Part shown: piece by piece, positions 33,536 to 48,302 of the stretch | Layout of the letters: every line of letters starts with the position of its first letter | Position numbering within the stretch: the stretch's first letter is position 1 | NCBI RefSeq assembly: GCF_006345805.1 | Contig: NC_043003.1 | Span: forward strand, 11,656,001-11,720,000 | Length of the DNA stretch: 64,000 bases | Source of the DNA: Octopus sinensis | Lineage: Eukaryota | Direction of reading: 5' to 3' | The notes under the pieces: generated by a model | Databases searched by the model: none | Told to the model about the DNA's origin: nothing | The model's input: only the letters and a program-made list of their open reading frames with translations | Made by a program: the position numbers and the translations under genes

Positions 33536-35804
33536 TAAGAGAAATATGTCCTTTGTATCAAATGTGATACAGGCAAAGGGTTAATTATTGGAAACTTTTG
33601 CATACTTTTTTACAAGAGGATTTAAGCCAAATTATGATGTTGTTTGGTCACTGTTAATAGATAACTTGAGCTTCTGGTGAAGTCTTAAGTGCTGATAGGA
33701 GTTAATAGAATAACTTCAAGCAAGAAAGTTAAATTTGTAGAATTTTTTTTTTTCATTTTGTTAAATGGACTAACATGACAGAAGTTTTTCTGAGACTTGT
33801 ACAACTTAATGCTATTTGCAGAAACAAGCAGTTGTCTTTTACTGATGATGTTTATACCAAGAGAAGATTAGGGTTAGGTATATATAATAGATGAAAAGAC
33901 CAAAAAATTATAGATTTCATTTTACTATAAAAGAAGTGAAAATTTGTTTAGTTGCCACAGAGATTGTAAAACTCAGTTCTTAACGGGTATATCAATCTAA
34001 TTAGCAACATCATTTTCTTCTTCAGTTTTAACGACTTTTATTCATCTTTCGTTTCATATTACTCAAGTCTTGATGGTTTTACTGGAGGTTCTTAAACCCG
34101 TTACAAACTGAGTAAGTAGGGATCAGAAAAGGGCTATAAACAGAGCTACTCTTCTTTAGGTTAATTGATTCTACATAAAACCAGGGTTTGCTTTAGCATT
34201 AGTTCCTTCCCTGCTTTATTCAGTTCAAATGGTTTGTGTGGTGTACATGTTACCCTGAGTATTCAGTCTTGCTGGTGTACTGTTACTAATTAAAAAATAG
34301 CAATGTCATTTTATACTTGTCATTTCTTTCAAACTTGAAATTATACATAAAAGAAATCTAGTTTTTATCAAGTATTTTGTTTTCTTAGAAACCTACTTCA
34401 TTTTAGTTTAAAATTTACATTGTGTCTATCTAGGATTTTCTCTCTCTTTTTTTTTTCCCTCCCTTTTTTTTTCCTTGAATTTTGTGAAATTGGAAGGAGA
34501 AGTAGAACAGTAGCTGTGACTAAGTTCAGATATACTGGTATTTGATGTGGTAGGTGTGAGCCACATGTTTCACTTAACAGTTGCAACTTGCTGGGGGCCC
34601 GAGCTCATCTGCCCACATTACTCGCTTGGGTGTGGTTAGCTAGCTACTTGCTCTTTTCATTTATGTAGTAACATCTTTGCTGCATTTTCTTCAGGAATTC
34701 AGTAAAAGCAGAAAAAACCTACCACGTGTCTTTTGTAGCTGGAAGTTTTTATTCTTTTTCTTTTTAATTTTTCAACAATTTTTTTTCCACCACTGTCAAC
34801 AGATTTTGTTTTTTACCTTTTGCTACCCTCAGAGAGTAAATTATTCTACTATTAGTATGGGTCTTTCAGACTTGAACAATTCTTCCACAGATTCCATTGA
34901 ATATTATTGGTGGGATGTGAAATGTTTAGTGTGTGTGCATTAAACCAACATCCTATCAACCAAACTCGTTGTAACTAACAGTAATTTGCTGGTTGTAATG
35001 TTTGCTAATCAACTAAGGAAATTAATTAATAATTCAACAACTGATAGGGATTTGGGGAGGAAAGCTTATCACTGATCAAATCTTTATTATTTTTTTTAAT
35101 CAATGGAAAGGAACTGGTTCCTTTTCACTCTTCTGTGATATTATTACAATTTTTAGTTTGAAGTTGTGGTCATACAACAAATTTGGTAAAGTAATTAGGG
35201 CAAGAAATTTCCATTAATTACAACGAAAATAGTGTATTCTAAAACTGATATTAATGAACATTCAGCCTGAACTCCCCCAACTTATTAACACAGGACATAT
35301 TACCACTCCAACCACTGATGTGTTGTGTCATCACTACAATGACCTACGACCAATCTTGTACAAACTTCACCCAGATCCCTCTAGCTTATTTATACACTCT
35401 CCTCTTCTCAGCTTTCATATTGTGTCTATTGTCTGCAATCTACTGTATTCCCTCTCAGCCTTATTAACCATTCTTCTCAGTCCTTCCTTAAAATAATATC
35501 ACTCCCTTGAAACCATCACCTTGCAAATTACTTAAGAACACCAACTACATCAATATCAGTGGTTCTGCAAAGGCAATGAACACAACCTTTTCCTTTCCTT
35601 CTGATCAGACCATTATTTTTTAAAAAATCCCCCAAAACAAAATCCTTAAAGATGTTCTCAAGTCATTCTTTTATCATCACAAAATACAAAGTTCTTTTTT
35701 CTGAGACCATGCATTCATGGTCTTGGAAAATGAAATTAAATGACCACTGTCTGAAAGAAAATGCAATGACTGCTTACGGTTTGGATGCATGGAGTTGATT
35801 TCAT

Positions 35805-36738
<934 letters not shown>

Positions 36739-36931
36739 GCATTTATTATTAAGCAAAAAAAAGAAAAATGACAGAAGGGAACATTAGCTAATGTAATAAT
36801 ATGTACTGCCTGAGAAAATATCAATGGTCACCAACCACAGAAATCATAGCTTTACTTTAGCAGGTTTACCTGAGGTTAAACAAGAACTATCATCTACCAT
36901 AACTACCTACTAAATGTCATAATACATTATG

Positions 36932-36997
<66 letters not shown>

Positions 36998-38129
36998 TAT
37001 GTGTGTGTGTTATAGTTTATGCACAAACACATACATACATACATATATATATATTCACACATGTACATACATACACACAGTTCAAATCCCATTAAGTTGA
37101 TTTTTAAAAAATAAAAAAATTCTTCTGCTTCCATATCTCCCTCCCACGCACACCCACACACATACTTGCATACACAGAAGTGGATAAGAGTGAGAACACT
37201 GCTGAAGTGAATAGCTCTTCAGCTTTAGGGATAAGTTTGGTGCTGTGTTAGTTTATCGTTCATTGATCATAGCTAAAATCTAAGTCACAACGCTGCTGCT
37301 GCTACTACTACTACTACTATTACCACTACTACTACTACCACCATTGTTACTGTTGCAGCTGCTCGGAAAATATTAATTACTCCCGTCATATGACTGTGAT
37401 GGCTTAGAAATTAATGATGCAAATGAGAAACTGATTGTTGGATAAGATCTGGAAAATTGATCTGTTGTTTTTCAAATTCTGAAAGATATCAGAATGATTA
37501 GGTTGTTGTTTAGAAATGTGGAGTTGCTATGGCGTTTTATTTCAGTATGTGAATTAGTCATCATCATCTAGGAACTAACTACAAAAGGACATGATCATCA
37601 GTTATGTTATTGGCTTAAAGCTGGGTCATTATTTCTCTAAAACATTAATGCTATGTGGCTGTTTACTGGTGTAAGCGGTATTAAACAGCTGGGCATGTGT
37701 TTTAATGTATTCGAACCAATTTTGTTTGACTTTTAGGCGAAAAGTGTCACATAATCACATTTTTCCCAGACTTTCCATAGATGTAAGGCTTTATGCCCAT
37801 GGAGGAAATTGCCATTATTATCCTAGTTATTAGTATTATTAATGTGTAATAATGTATAAGCTTTGTAAAGTGATTGACAAATATATAGAAACAACAAGAG
37901 GACTGTTTAGTCCTGCTGAGGGCCAGGCTACCTCTCTGGTGCTGATGCTATAGTTTAATGTACTTATCAGACTGTTGAGTAACTGATAAGAATTATCATT
38001 ATTATTAATGTGTAATGATGTGAATGCTTTATAAAGTATAAAGAGGTTGACAAATAAATAGAAACACACCCTGTAATGTAGCTGGATGAACTTATCATCA
38101 TTATAAGTATTAGAAAGGGGCCTGGATAG

Positions 38130-39750
38130 GTTTCTTGTTGTTGAAAAGCTACATGGCTACTTGGATTATTCTAGATTAGTTGAGAATAATCATAATAGAA
38201 CTGGAAAGACAGAGGTAAATGGTGGTGGTGTAGTGGTCAGTGTGGACCCTCAAGAAGGTGACTAGAAGTTAGTGGGGATTGAATAATAAGAAAAAAGAAT
38301 TAACTGGCACTCTGTTTATGATAAGGGTTCCAGTTGATCCAATTAATGGCACAGCCTGCTGATAAAATTAATGTACAGGTGGCTGAATACTCCACGGATG
38401 CATAACATCAACAATCTCTGGGAGATTCGGTGTGACACAAAATGTGACAGGGCCGGCCCTTTGAAATACAGGTACTAATCAATTTTGCCTGCTGAGTGGA
38501 CTGGAGTTATGTGAAATGAAGTGTCTTGCTCAAGGACACAATATGCTGTTGGTTATTGTACTTATGAGCTGAATACTCCTAACCACTGAGCCACAAGCCT
38601 TCACGTGAGGAATGAATAGCAGTAATAGTTCATGGGTAGTGTAAGAGATGATTAGGGATGGTGTGGTGGGTTGTGAATATACTGAACCAAGGGTTGAGGG
38701 CTGGTCGATGATAAATATGGGTTTATGGGAAAGTTTATTGGCTGTAAATTGTCGACATGTTTGAGACCATTGGCAAGCTGGAAATGAATCTGAGTATCAT
38801 GTAATCGGAGTAAATGAAAGGCAGAAAGACAAGCAGACAGTCTGGCAGGTTTGTATTTGAAGCATGTCACTGCTATAATAACATCAGCAAAGAAACTTGT
38901 AATGGATAACTCGACCAATTAGAAACTATTTCTACATTCTAATCGTGTCTTTGGAAATGGTATTAGAAACTTAGATTTCCAACAGAAAAAGGTTAATTTG
39001 CTAATAACATATTCACTCTGAGTCTCTCTCTCTCTCTCACAAACACTCTCTTACTAATTTCCTAAAGCATTCTACTTTATAAATTAAAGGCTACGTTGAC
39101 TAAGTTTTATTGAAGCATTCATAAACAAGGTAATATTTGTCTACATTGAATTACAGTAACTTGTCTTCTTCATTGTGCTGCCCTATGTAGTATCTTCATA
39201 AAGGATTTTTAAAGCTGTGACCTTCACTACCTATTGGAATTCTTTCTATTTCTGAACAAGAAAGCCATATTTTCGCTCTTGTTAAGGTATCAATTTCTAG
39301 AAACGAAAACGGAGTTGATTCATGACAAATAAATCTTGGCCATCCCAAGGTTTAATTCAGTCCTTGGGGCCTTTGTTGGAATATCTGTGTGACATACTTG
39401 TTGAGGATTAATACTTGATCCACTTCACGGGAAGAACTGGTCTGTTATTTACTACCACGTGGTAGTAACCTAATCTTTTGACAATGCAGTTTCAAAGTAA
39501 ATATTAAATTGTTGTTATGTCTGCTTTAGACGGATACTTTCTGTATAATGGTAGTAAATTTCCTATGAATTGATAGTGACCTATCTCAGTTCTTTCTATT
39601 CGTAATCATTTCTATAACAAATACCTTTGATGTCCTTCACAAAATGTAGGAACTTCTGAGGTTCAAATATGTCCCGTTTTCTTGAAGCATTATTCTAATT
39701 CATTTCCACAGTTTACTTTCCATCGATGTTATTTTAGCCTGCGAGGAACA
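38130..39750 (+). mobile_element. Ancient CR1-group LINE ORF2 relic (APE + RT), interrupted by a SINE
   Basis: Fragments KDRG.NGGGV (about 38205-38235, APE), RPI...IL...LEMVL (about 38912-38970), DF-KAV (about 39205), IP-QG-SVLG (39343-39372) and MQF (about 39484) occur in the order expected for LINE ORF2. Confidence 0.6.
38285..38615 (-). mobile_element. tRNA-derived SINE family D
   Basis: gagtggactggagttatgtgaaatgaagtgtcttgctcaaggacacaa...taaccactgagccacaagcc. Confidence 0.7.
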
Positions 39751-40329
39751 ACAGGGAAAATACTATTTACTTTTTCATAAATCTAAGAAACTAAGTTATA
39801 GTTTTAACTAACGTTTAGAGACTGTGTGCACAGGCACCCTATGACCCTCGGGCTGCATGCAAGTCTCCCGTGTCTCTCATGACAGTATGGCATTCACACT
39901 GTCATAATAGTGTAAGCATAAGTTATTTTACTAAAATTTACGAGCGAAATGTTCAGCTTTGTTTCTGTGCATTCAAACACTTTCGTTTCTTTCTCTCATT
40001 CACCCACGCTTCCTCTCAATCAATATTTTTTATGATTCACTTAGCGCAGTGTATGGTGTACTCTGTAACTGCTTACGAGGTTTGTTATCTTATTCTTTAA
40101 GTGATGCAGCTTGATTTACGATGAGCAGTATCTCAAAAGGCTGACCAGGCCTGATACAATTTAGAGAATAGTGTCTGCCTATATGGATGGCTGAAGTACA
40201 CAGCAGTCTCCTTACTTCATTAATCCCCATCACTACTTTAGCATACAATTTCTCGTAATGGAATTCTCTCTTTCTCTTCCTCCCTCGTCATTTATTTACT
40301 ATTTTTGAATTTATTTGAAGCATCGAGTA

Positions 40330-41260
40330 CGAAAATAATTGTCATATATTTTTTGTGTCTGAACAAGCTACCGTAGTTGTCTCCCTTACATCCACGCACC
40401 TTAAAACTATTTTATTCCGTTAACTTTTCTGCGAGTTGCGAGAGAGAGGAAAGGGTTTCGTTCCAACGTTTCGAGCAAGTCCTTTCTTCAGAGAAACGAT
40501 GACACACATCAGTTCTAGTTTCTTGTAATTCCATTCTCTACGTTGTTTACTTAATGAGTTCACTTGCACTTTGGTTCTATAAAGATCTCATTCAATCGAT
40601 CATAAGTTATTGAGAAAAAGAAAAGATTTCTCTTCAACACCCAATCTTTAATGCGCATAAAGATTAGTAATGCTCTTGTCCTTGTTTCTCAGTCTGTGAT
40701 TTCATGTCTGGCTGCTGTTCGTTACTATATTGTACTCGAACCAGCGACCGGCTTGAAATGGCAGCCAAATTCACCCTGAACTCGCACATACCTTTCAAAA
40801 CAAGCGCATTTGATAATGTAGTTTTTAGATACACTAGGCCTGAAAAGAAAAAGATTAAAAAATATATAGATGATCGATGCTAGATCACCTTTTGCTCATA
40901 AGTTCGCCCGATCAATGATTAAACAAGAACTATATTGTAATACCTAGTATTCAGGCATTATTCATTATTAATGTTCGTCTATTTGGCCCCCCTACGCAGA
41001 CTTTGCTTTATTTTATTAAAAGACATTATTTCCCGTACATTTGGGCTCCCATACTCGGTCAGACCTTGTTTCATTAAGAGATTTGGTGCAGCAGCGTCAT
41101 TGAAGACGTTTGATCTGTGTTAATAGTGCTTTCCGTTGTTGTTTGATGATGAGGTAGGATTTATTCATCATCTTTATTGTAGTGAAAAGATTGTTTGAAC
41201 TCTTATGAAGTGATGGAACTTGTTCAGATATTGATTGGTGAAGTGCTGGCGTAGGGAATA
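40330..41260 (-). mobile_element. Decayed Penelope-like element 3' region (GIY-YIG relic + pLTR)
   Basis: Minus strand gives IPYA..., SNVF...ETR..DRVW (resembling SNVIY.F.C..C...YIGET.R.L..RV.EH), then IE..LY.RTK...LNKQ-like sequence, followed by a hammerhead-like motif. Confidence 0.5.
40459..40498 (-). ncRNA. Degenerate minimal type I hammerhead ribozyme motif
   Basis: Minus strand: cgtttct CTGAAGA aaggacttgctc GAAA CGT t ggaacg. Confidence 0.5.
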
Positions 41261-42105
41261 GAGATGTACGTGTGTATGTGTGTGAGAGAACAATGCAAAT
41301 ATTATGATTTATATGTGTGTACCTTTGAAAAGCTCATCCAATTAACCACTATAATTGTTTCTCATATTTTCCACTCTCTTGAACCAGCTATAATAGTGTC
41401 TGAATGGTCTTGGCAAAGGAAGTCCATTAAAATTATAGATTTAAACTTAGTACTATAATTGTGAAACTATATTTAAACTTCATCTATATAAGGCGCCGTT
41501 AAAAGCTTATAATTTTCGCAATGTTTCTCTGGCATCTTAACTTTTCTTGCTGCTAGTAATAATCTCAAAAGTCTAATGTAAATAGAAATTTTATTATCTT
41601 TATGACATTCTAACTGCTATTGTTTTGCGTTCGTAATTCCTGTCCATAAAACATTACACGATGTTTAATATCTTCTCTATACCAGATTCTAAGTAAGAAA
41701 ACATATTCTTGAAATTTTACTACTGCGATATTTAACCGAACATTTTTATCCCACTCATTTATATAAAGAGTCGTACTGTCTATATTATTTGAGAGAGATA
41801 CCAGAGTGTGTTTAGTCACTTCTCTATACCAGAGTGTAAATTGTTCATACTATGTTTAAGTGAGAAAACGCACATAATTCTTGTAATTTTAGCAGTGTGA
41901 TTTAAAACAGAACATTTTTAGCAACACTCATTATTTAAAGAGGCACACTGTCTATATTGTTTGAGAGAGAGATAGCGAAAGTGTATGAGTGTGTGATAGT
42001 GTAAAGTCAGAGAGCCCCAGCTATCAGCACAAAGCTGGTGGATAGGGGAATACGTTAATGCAACATATGTACGTGTGTGTGTCGTTATAGATAAAAGAAT
42101 TGCAT

Positions 42106-42162
<57 letters not shown>

Positions 42163-43407
42163 TATATGAATGAATGAGAAAGTTTAATATTAATGGATTT
42201 CAAGAATGTTGCTGAAACCCATTCATAAAAGTCGCCCAGTTTTTCTTTTACCGGTTTTAATTTGGACCGTTTTAATTTTCAACGTTTTTAATTTCTAAAA
42301 AGTTAAATTATTTAGAAAACAATTATAGATTAAAAAAAAATAAACAACCGTATTTATTTGTTTTTCCAAAAAAGCTCTTAACTCAATGGTCGGGAATTAG
42401 TTTTCTTCTTTCTCTCTCTCCGTCTTGAGAACGAGTTTAAATTCTAGTCTAAAATAGATTATCAGCATTTTGTTATTTCTTCTAACTTTTTAAACTTTTT
42501 TAATCTAGTTTTTTCTTCTAATCAATATTATGGATATTGAAAAAAATTATTTCTTCCTTTAGCTATTTTAGCTTTATTTTTACGTAAATATTCTTTTCCA
42601 ATGGAAACATTTCTCTCTGAGTTAGTCTCATTCTATTCTTCTCCGTCCCCCAACACATAAATACACACTTAAAACTTCTCTTAAAGTTTCGTGTTTATAT
42701 CCAATTCTTTTATTGTTTTTACATTCATATTCTATTCTATGCCGTTTTCCCCACTCCCGTTTTGACCTCTTAAGCCTTGGGTTTTAAGCACTGACCTGTT
42801 TAATAATAATAATCTGTGATTTATACAAAATACTTCAGTAACTTGTTTAAGAATTTAAACCCAAAATTAACCTTACTCGAATACACGCGCAATATCATAC
42901 AACAACATTTATTTAACTATTTAAATATTAAAAGCTTTGTGCGTAATAAACACATTCTTTTAGGAAGTTATTGCTTTCTTTTTCCGTATTGTCTTTTCGG
43001 AAACTATTAGCAAATTAGCAAGGCCACAACCACATTATTTTGTTGGGGAAACTTATTTTCTTACGTGAATCATAAAAGACTCCCTACCGTTTTATTATTA
43101 TTATTATTAAGACAAAAGAAATCTTATACAACTTATCGCAGCTTACTCTAACTTTGATTGAGATTTTGTTCGTTGTTTGTCAAGTACTCTGGTCGAGTTT
43201 ATGGTCCTTCCTAACTCTCATATTTCAATCTACTGTAAATTTGCTGATTTCGTTAACTTTACGTATTTGTTTGTAATCTTATATTTGCGATCTTTGGTTT
43301 CTTTTACGTTTGCTTTACAATGTTCTGCAAACTGCTAAATTATATTCATTGTATTTGGTTTTTGGATGTGGTTTGCAAGATTCTTTATATGAGTTCGTGT
43401 GTTGAAG

Positions 43408-43596
43408 TATATTCTGTTGTGTCTGGAGAGAGTCATTTTCTTTTTGTGCCTTAAAACTATTGAAAAGGTTGCAAGACGCAACGAAAATTTTTAGGAAAAT
43501 AAAACTAAGAAAAAAAAAGTGGAAATTTTACCGGTGAGTGTGTTACATTATAAGGCACAAAAAGAAAATGACTCTCCCCAGACGCAACAGAATATA
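43408..43596. repeat. Inverted repeat, 46-bp arms (2 mismatches), 97-nt spacer
   Basis: 43408-43453 vs 43551-43596. Confidence 0.9.
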
Positions 43597-43974
43597 TTTA
43601 TTATATTTTTCTCTTATGAAGTATATTTGTTTTTGTTTTTTTTTTCAAATTCCTTCGAAAATGTTAATGATGTTTCGTTTTGTTTTTAAGCAGCCGAAGA
43701 CGAGAACTTTTAATATTTATTTATTTATTTTGTGAAAATGCAGGTTTTAGCTCATTCTGTCAAGCATATCATTTGCAAATTATTCCGCAATCATCTTCAT
43801 CGTTCTTCTCATCACCATCATCACCTTCGGCGTTAGTATAATCGTTTATTGTTTTGCCTGTCTTTGCCGTGGGTTGTTAAGACGACACCTATTCAGGTAG
43901 ATTTTCGCCAGCTGGATACTTTTCCTGTCGCAACACTCACACGACCTTGTGTAAGTGCATATATATTTGAGCCT

Positions 43975-44140
43975 GCGTGTTTGAGAGAGAGTTACATCGA
44001 CCCCAGTGCGAAACTGGTACTTCATTTATCGACCCCGAAAAGATGAAAGGCAAAGTCGACCTCGGCGGAATTTGAACTCAGACGTAATACCGCTAAGCAT
44101 TTCGCCCGGTGCGCTAACGTTTCTGCCAGCTCGCCGCCTT
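43975..44140 (-). mobile_element. SINE family A (young-looking copy)
   Basis: atcgaccccagtgcgaaactggtacttc...gatgaaaggcaaagtcgacctcggcggaatttgaactc...aacgtttctgccagctcgccgcc. Confidence 0.85.
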
Positions 44141-45254
44141 GTGTGTGATTATTATAGCCTGTTTTTGATATCTTCCCCCTATTTACTATATTTTCCTTGA
44201 CATACTGGAGTGTTTTTTATGAAGTAAAACCTTTCTTCAACAACTGACTCTTTTGTAAAAGATGTTCCAACGTATTATAGTATTGCTTCTTTTAACCACT
44301 CTCAGAACAAACAGTAATTGTCGGTTCTTAAAAGTCTGTGAGTCTACAGCTGGTGGTAGCATTTATGACGGTTGCTGTAAACATCCTTGCTAACTTTAAG
44401 CCTCCGCTATTAATCCTTTTGACCTTAACAGCTGACGGTGGTTCTTATTAATATGTAAGCGATATCTAACCAAATATTATTTGGGGAAGCAATACGTTTT
44501 TAAGAGAAGAGTTTTGAGTGCTTCGTTTTGATGCTAGGGCTGTTGACTAACCGGTAGAACACCTACGAAAATCATGCTTGGAATTGTGGGAGTTCTCCGC
44601 AGGGTTCTTGAAGCATGACCAGTAAAAACGAGTGTTACCTTGGTCTGTTGACTGTGGACAGCTGACTCTTTCCATCATACCCAGCAAAATAAACAGTGAG
44701 TTTTCATCTAATAATATTAACAATCCTTTGCTGTCTTTTATTGCATGGTTTGACAGGAACTGGTGAACTGCAGCAGGCACATCAAACTGCAGTGTTTCTA
44801 TGGGTCACATTGCTCACTTACATGTTGCTATGGGGGGTCACGTATTTCTAAACATACGTTTACAAAGATTTCTGTCACATACAATTTTTTACTATTAAGT
44901 AAAAGTCTTTTAGAATCTTTTATTTGCTCATCAATAATCTTATTTTTATTAATTAATTTTATTATTAAGAATTTTTCTTTCGTTTCCCCATTTTTAAAGC
45001 TCTAGCCACGCCACTCGTAGGTTACCTTTGTGTTTGAAAAGAGCCACATGTGGCCTGAGCACCGCATGGGGCCTGAGTACCACATGTTTGACATACCTGA
45101 AATAGACAATGGTGCTAAGCTCCAATGTCTGTTTTGGTATAGTTTCCATGACTGGATGCCCTTCCTAATAGAGTAATGGTTATAATTTTGTCTCAAGCCC
45201 TCCAGTTTTCATGGGGGGGGGGATTATTACTCAATACCATTGTCCTCAATTCAT

Positions 45255-46625
45255 CACTGGTATTTGTTTCATAGACCTCGAAAAGATGAAAGGCCAAGTT
45301 GGCTTCAGCAGGATTTGAACTCAGAATATAAAGAGCCAGAAGAAATACCACGAAATATTTCTTCCGATGCTCTAACGCTTCTACCATCTTGCTGTCTTAG
45401 TAATGTTTATAATGATTATGATTTCTAACAGGTACAAGACACCAGATTTGGTAGGGAGGCCGTATAGCCAGTTATATCAACCCCAGTATTTCACTGGTAC
45501 TTGTTTTATCAACCCTGGAAAGATGAAAGTTGAAAGGCTGGTGGATGTTTATTTTTTTATATAAAGGTATAAACTATAAAGACATACCTTTCGTAAGAGA
45601 ATTAACATCGTTAATAGAATGATTTCAGGAGGCAATTAAAACTGTGTTGGAAGCTTGGTTTAACACAAATTACATGTTTATTCATCATCATCATCATTTA
45701 GCATCCGTTTGCATGCTATTATGGGTTGGACGGTTCGACTAGGGTCTGGGAAGCCAGGAAGCTGCACCAGGCGCCAGTCTGATCTGGCAGTGTTTCTACA
45801 GCTGGATGCTCATAATAATGCTTTCTACTATAGGCACAAGACCTGAAATGCTTGGGGCACAGTACTCGTCAGTTGTATCAATCCCAGTGCTCAGCTGGTA
45901 CTTATTTCATTGACCCTTAAAGGGTGAAAGGTAAAGTCAACCTCAGATGAATTTGAACTCAGAACATAAAAGGCAAATGAAATGCTGTTAAGCATTTTGT
46001 CCAGCATACTTGACTGGGACTTGATTGTATTACCCTCCAAGGAATAAAAAAACAAAATCAGTCTTAGCAGGATTTGAACTTGGAACTCCAAGAGCTAGCT
46101 GCGAAACATTTTGTATGATTTTCTAACAGGTCTGCCAATCCAGTCTTGATAATGATGTTAATTATAATTATAATCCTTTTAACTATAGGCACAAGGCCTG
46201 AAATTTTAGGGGAGAGGGCTGGTTGATTACATCAACCGCAGTGTACAACTGGTACTTATTTTATCAGCCCCCAAAAGGATGAAAGGCAAAGGTGACCAAG
46301 TAAAATTTGAACTTGGTACATATAGACGGTTGAAGTTCCATTAAGCATTTTATCTGACATTAACGATTCTACTAGCTCGTTACCATAATAATAATAATAA
46401 TAATAATGTTCAGTTTTTCTTCTATAGGCACATAGCCTGAAATTTGAAGGAATGGGCTAGTTAATTACATTGACCCAAATTGTTGACTGGTACTTATTTC
46501 ACTCACTCCAAAAAGATGAAAGGCAAAGTTGACCTCAGTAGAACTTGAACTCAGGACAAAGACAGACAAAATTCCCATTAAGCATTTTGTTTGGCATTAA
46601 CAATTCTACCAGCTTGCCGCTTTAA
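45255..46625 (-). mobile_element. Head-to-tail array of about six SINE family A copies, with one family C fragment
   Basis: The ctggtactt(a/g)ttt..../gatgaaaggcaaag/ttgaactc block recurs at about 45258, 45495, 45895, 46250 and 46488, plus a partial copy at about 46065. Copies are separated by (TAA)n tracts. Confidence 0.8.
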
Positions 46626-47279
46626 TAATAAGAATAACGATGATGATGATGATGATAGTAATAATAATAGTAATGATAATAATAAGAATATTTCAAAGTC
46701 TTTCATAAACTACACATTTCAGGTGATGGCACATTGAAGCATTTAAGCTCCTTTCAACCTCAGCTAGAATAGCAAAATGAAATGATCGTTAAAACAATGA
46801 AGAAAATGAGTTTGATGAGGAAGTTGATGGCGTCTTTGTTTCAAAGAAGATTTTGATGCATCTAATACAAAAGAACAATAGCCAACAAATCAATTACCGC
46901 ATTTCATCTCTTCGTTTTCATAATGTAATCTTCAAGCCCTTTAATTGATTTCCATGAATGGATTGGACGGGCATTTATGGTGTATGTGACTTGGTACAAA
47001 CTGCTATTATTAGAAGAAAAGGGTGGGGGGAAACAAAACCCCACTTTAATCTACTAGCTTCAAATGTGACCCCTTTATTGGGTAAAGCAATAAAAGTGAG
47101 ACATGTCTTTTGTTATTGCTTCCCTTCCCTACTGTCTCCTAATTTGCATATGCAAATTTGTTTTGCAATTTATAACTTAAATAGAATGTGTATTTTCAGC
47201 GTTTTTCTCTTCCTGTCTTTAGCCTTTCTTCGAAAAATGATTTATTTAACGGATGCATGTGTAGCTGCAACTACATACA

Positions 47280-48260
47280 CATAAATACACACACACACAC
47301 ACACACCCAAACACACATATACATACGTACTTTGCATACGCTTACATTTTCGCAATCATGTTCTCAAATAAATACACATTGTTCCACCCTTATCTTTGTA
47401 TATATTTTTTTTGTTTTAAGACCATACATATTTTCACATATGTAAGCATGCATATTCACTCATATGTACACACACACACACACATACATATTCACACATG
47501 TATGCACACACACTCATATCTGCACATGTACGATTATACATACTTATATATCCACACGGACACACATACATACTTGCATATCCACACACATACACATACT
47601 TCTAATAAATATACATTAATATTCGTGAAAACACAATCACACTCAGCGTTCACTTATTTGCATACTAAACTCTCATTTTCCTCTACTTTGCTTCCTCTCT
47701 TTCTCTCTCTCTCTCTCTCTCACACACACAAACTTACATCTTGTTCATATCAGCTCATAAACAGACATGAATTCTCTCCCATACTTACACTCTCCAATCA
47801 CACATTGAAACATGCACAGGAAAAGAAATGGCAGTTTCTCTCTCTCTCACACACACACAGAATCACACACTCATGCACAGCACACATGCATTATATTTTC
47901 ATCTGACAAGTTTGTTTTCTTGTGGAGCTTTGCTAAACATCACTGTCTTCTTCCATTCACCATTAGTCATACAGCTTGGCACTAATGCCTGCCTCGTTGC
48001 CTTACCTGTCAAATCTAGTTCAACCAATCACTTCACTTCACTCACGCATTCGTTATTGATTTTCTACCAGTTTTGTGTTCTCAATAATATTCCCACAATC
48101 TATGTTTGTCTTTCTATCTGATTGTACTCTCTCTCTTTCTCCCTTTCTCCCTCTCTCTCTTCCTCCCTCTCTCTCTCTCCTCTCCCTCTCTCTCTCTCAT
48201 ACACACACACACTTCAGTATAAAGCTGGATTCACTGTTACATTCTACCATAAGTATCTTG
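47280..48260. repeat. Degenerate (CA)n/(CT)n low-complexity block
   Basis: Direct reading; explains the H/T/S/L-rich ORFs. Confidence 0.8.
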
Positions 48261-48302
48261 TCATTTATATCATACAGCACTGTGAGTGTGTGTATGTGTA
48301 TA

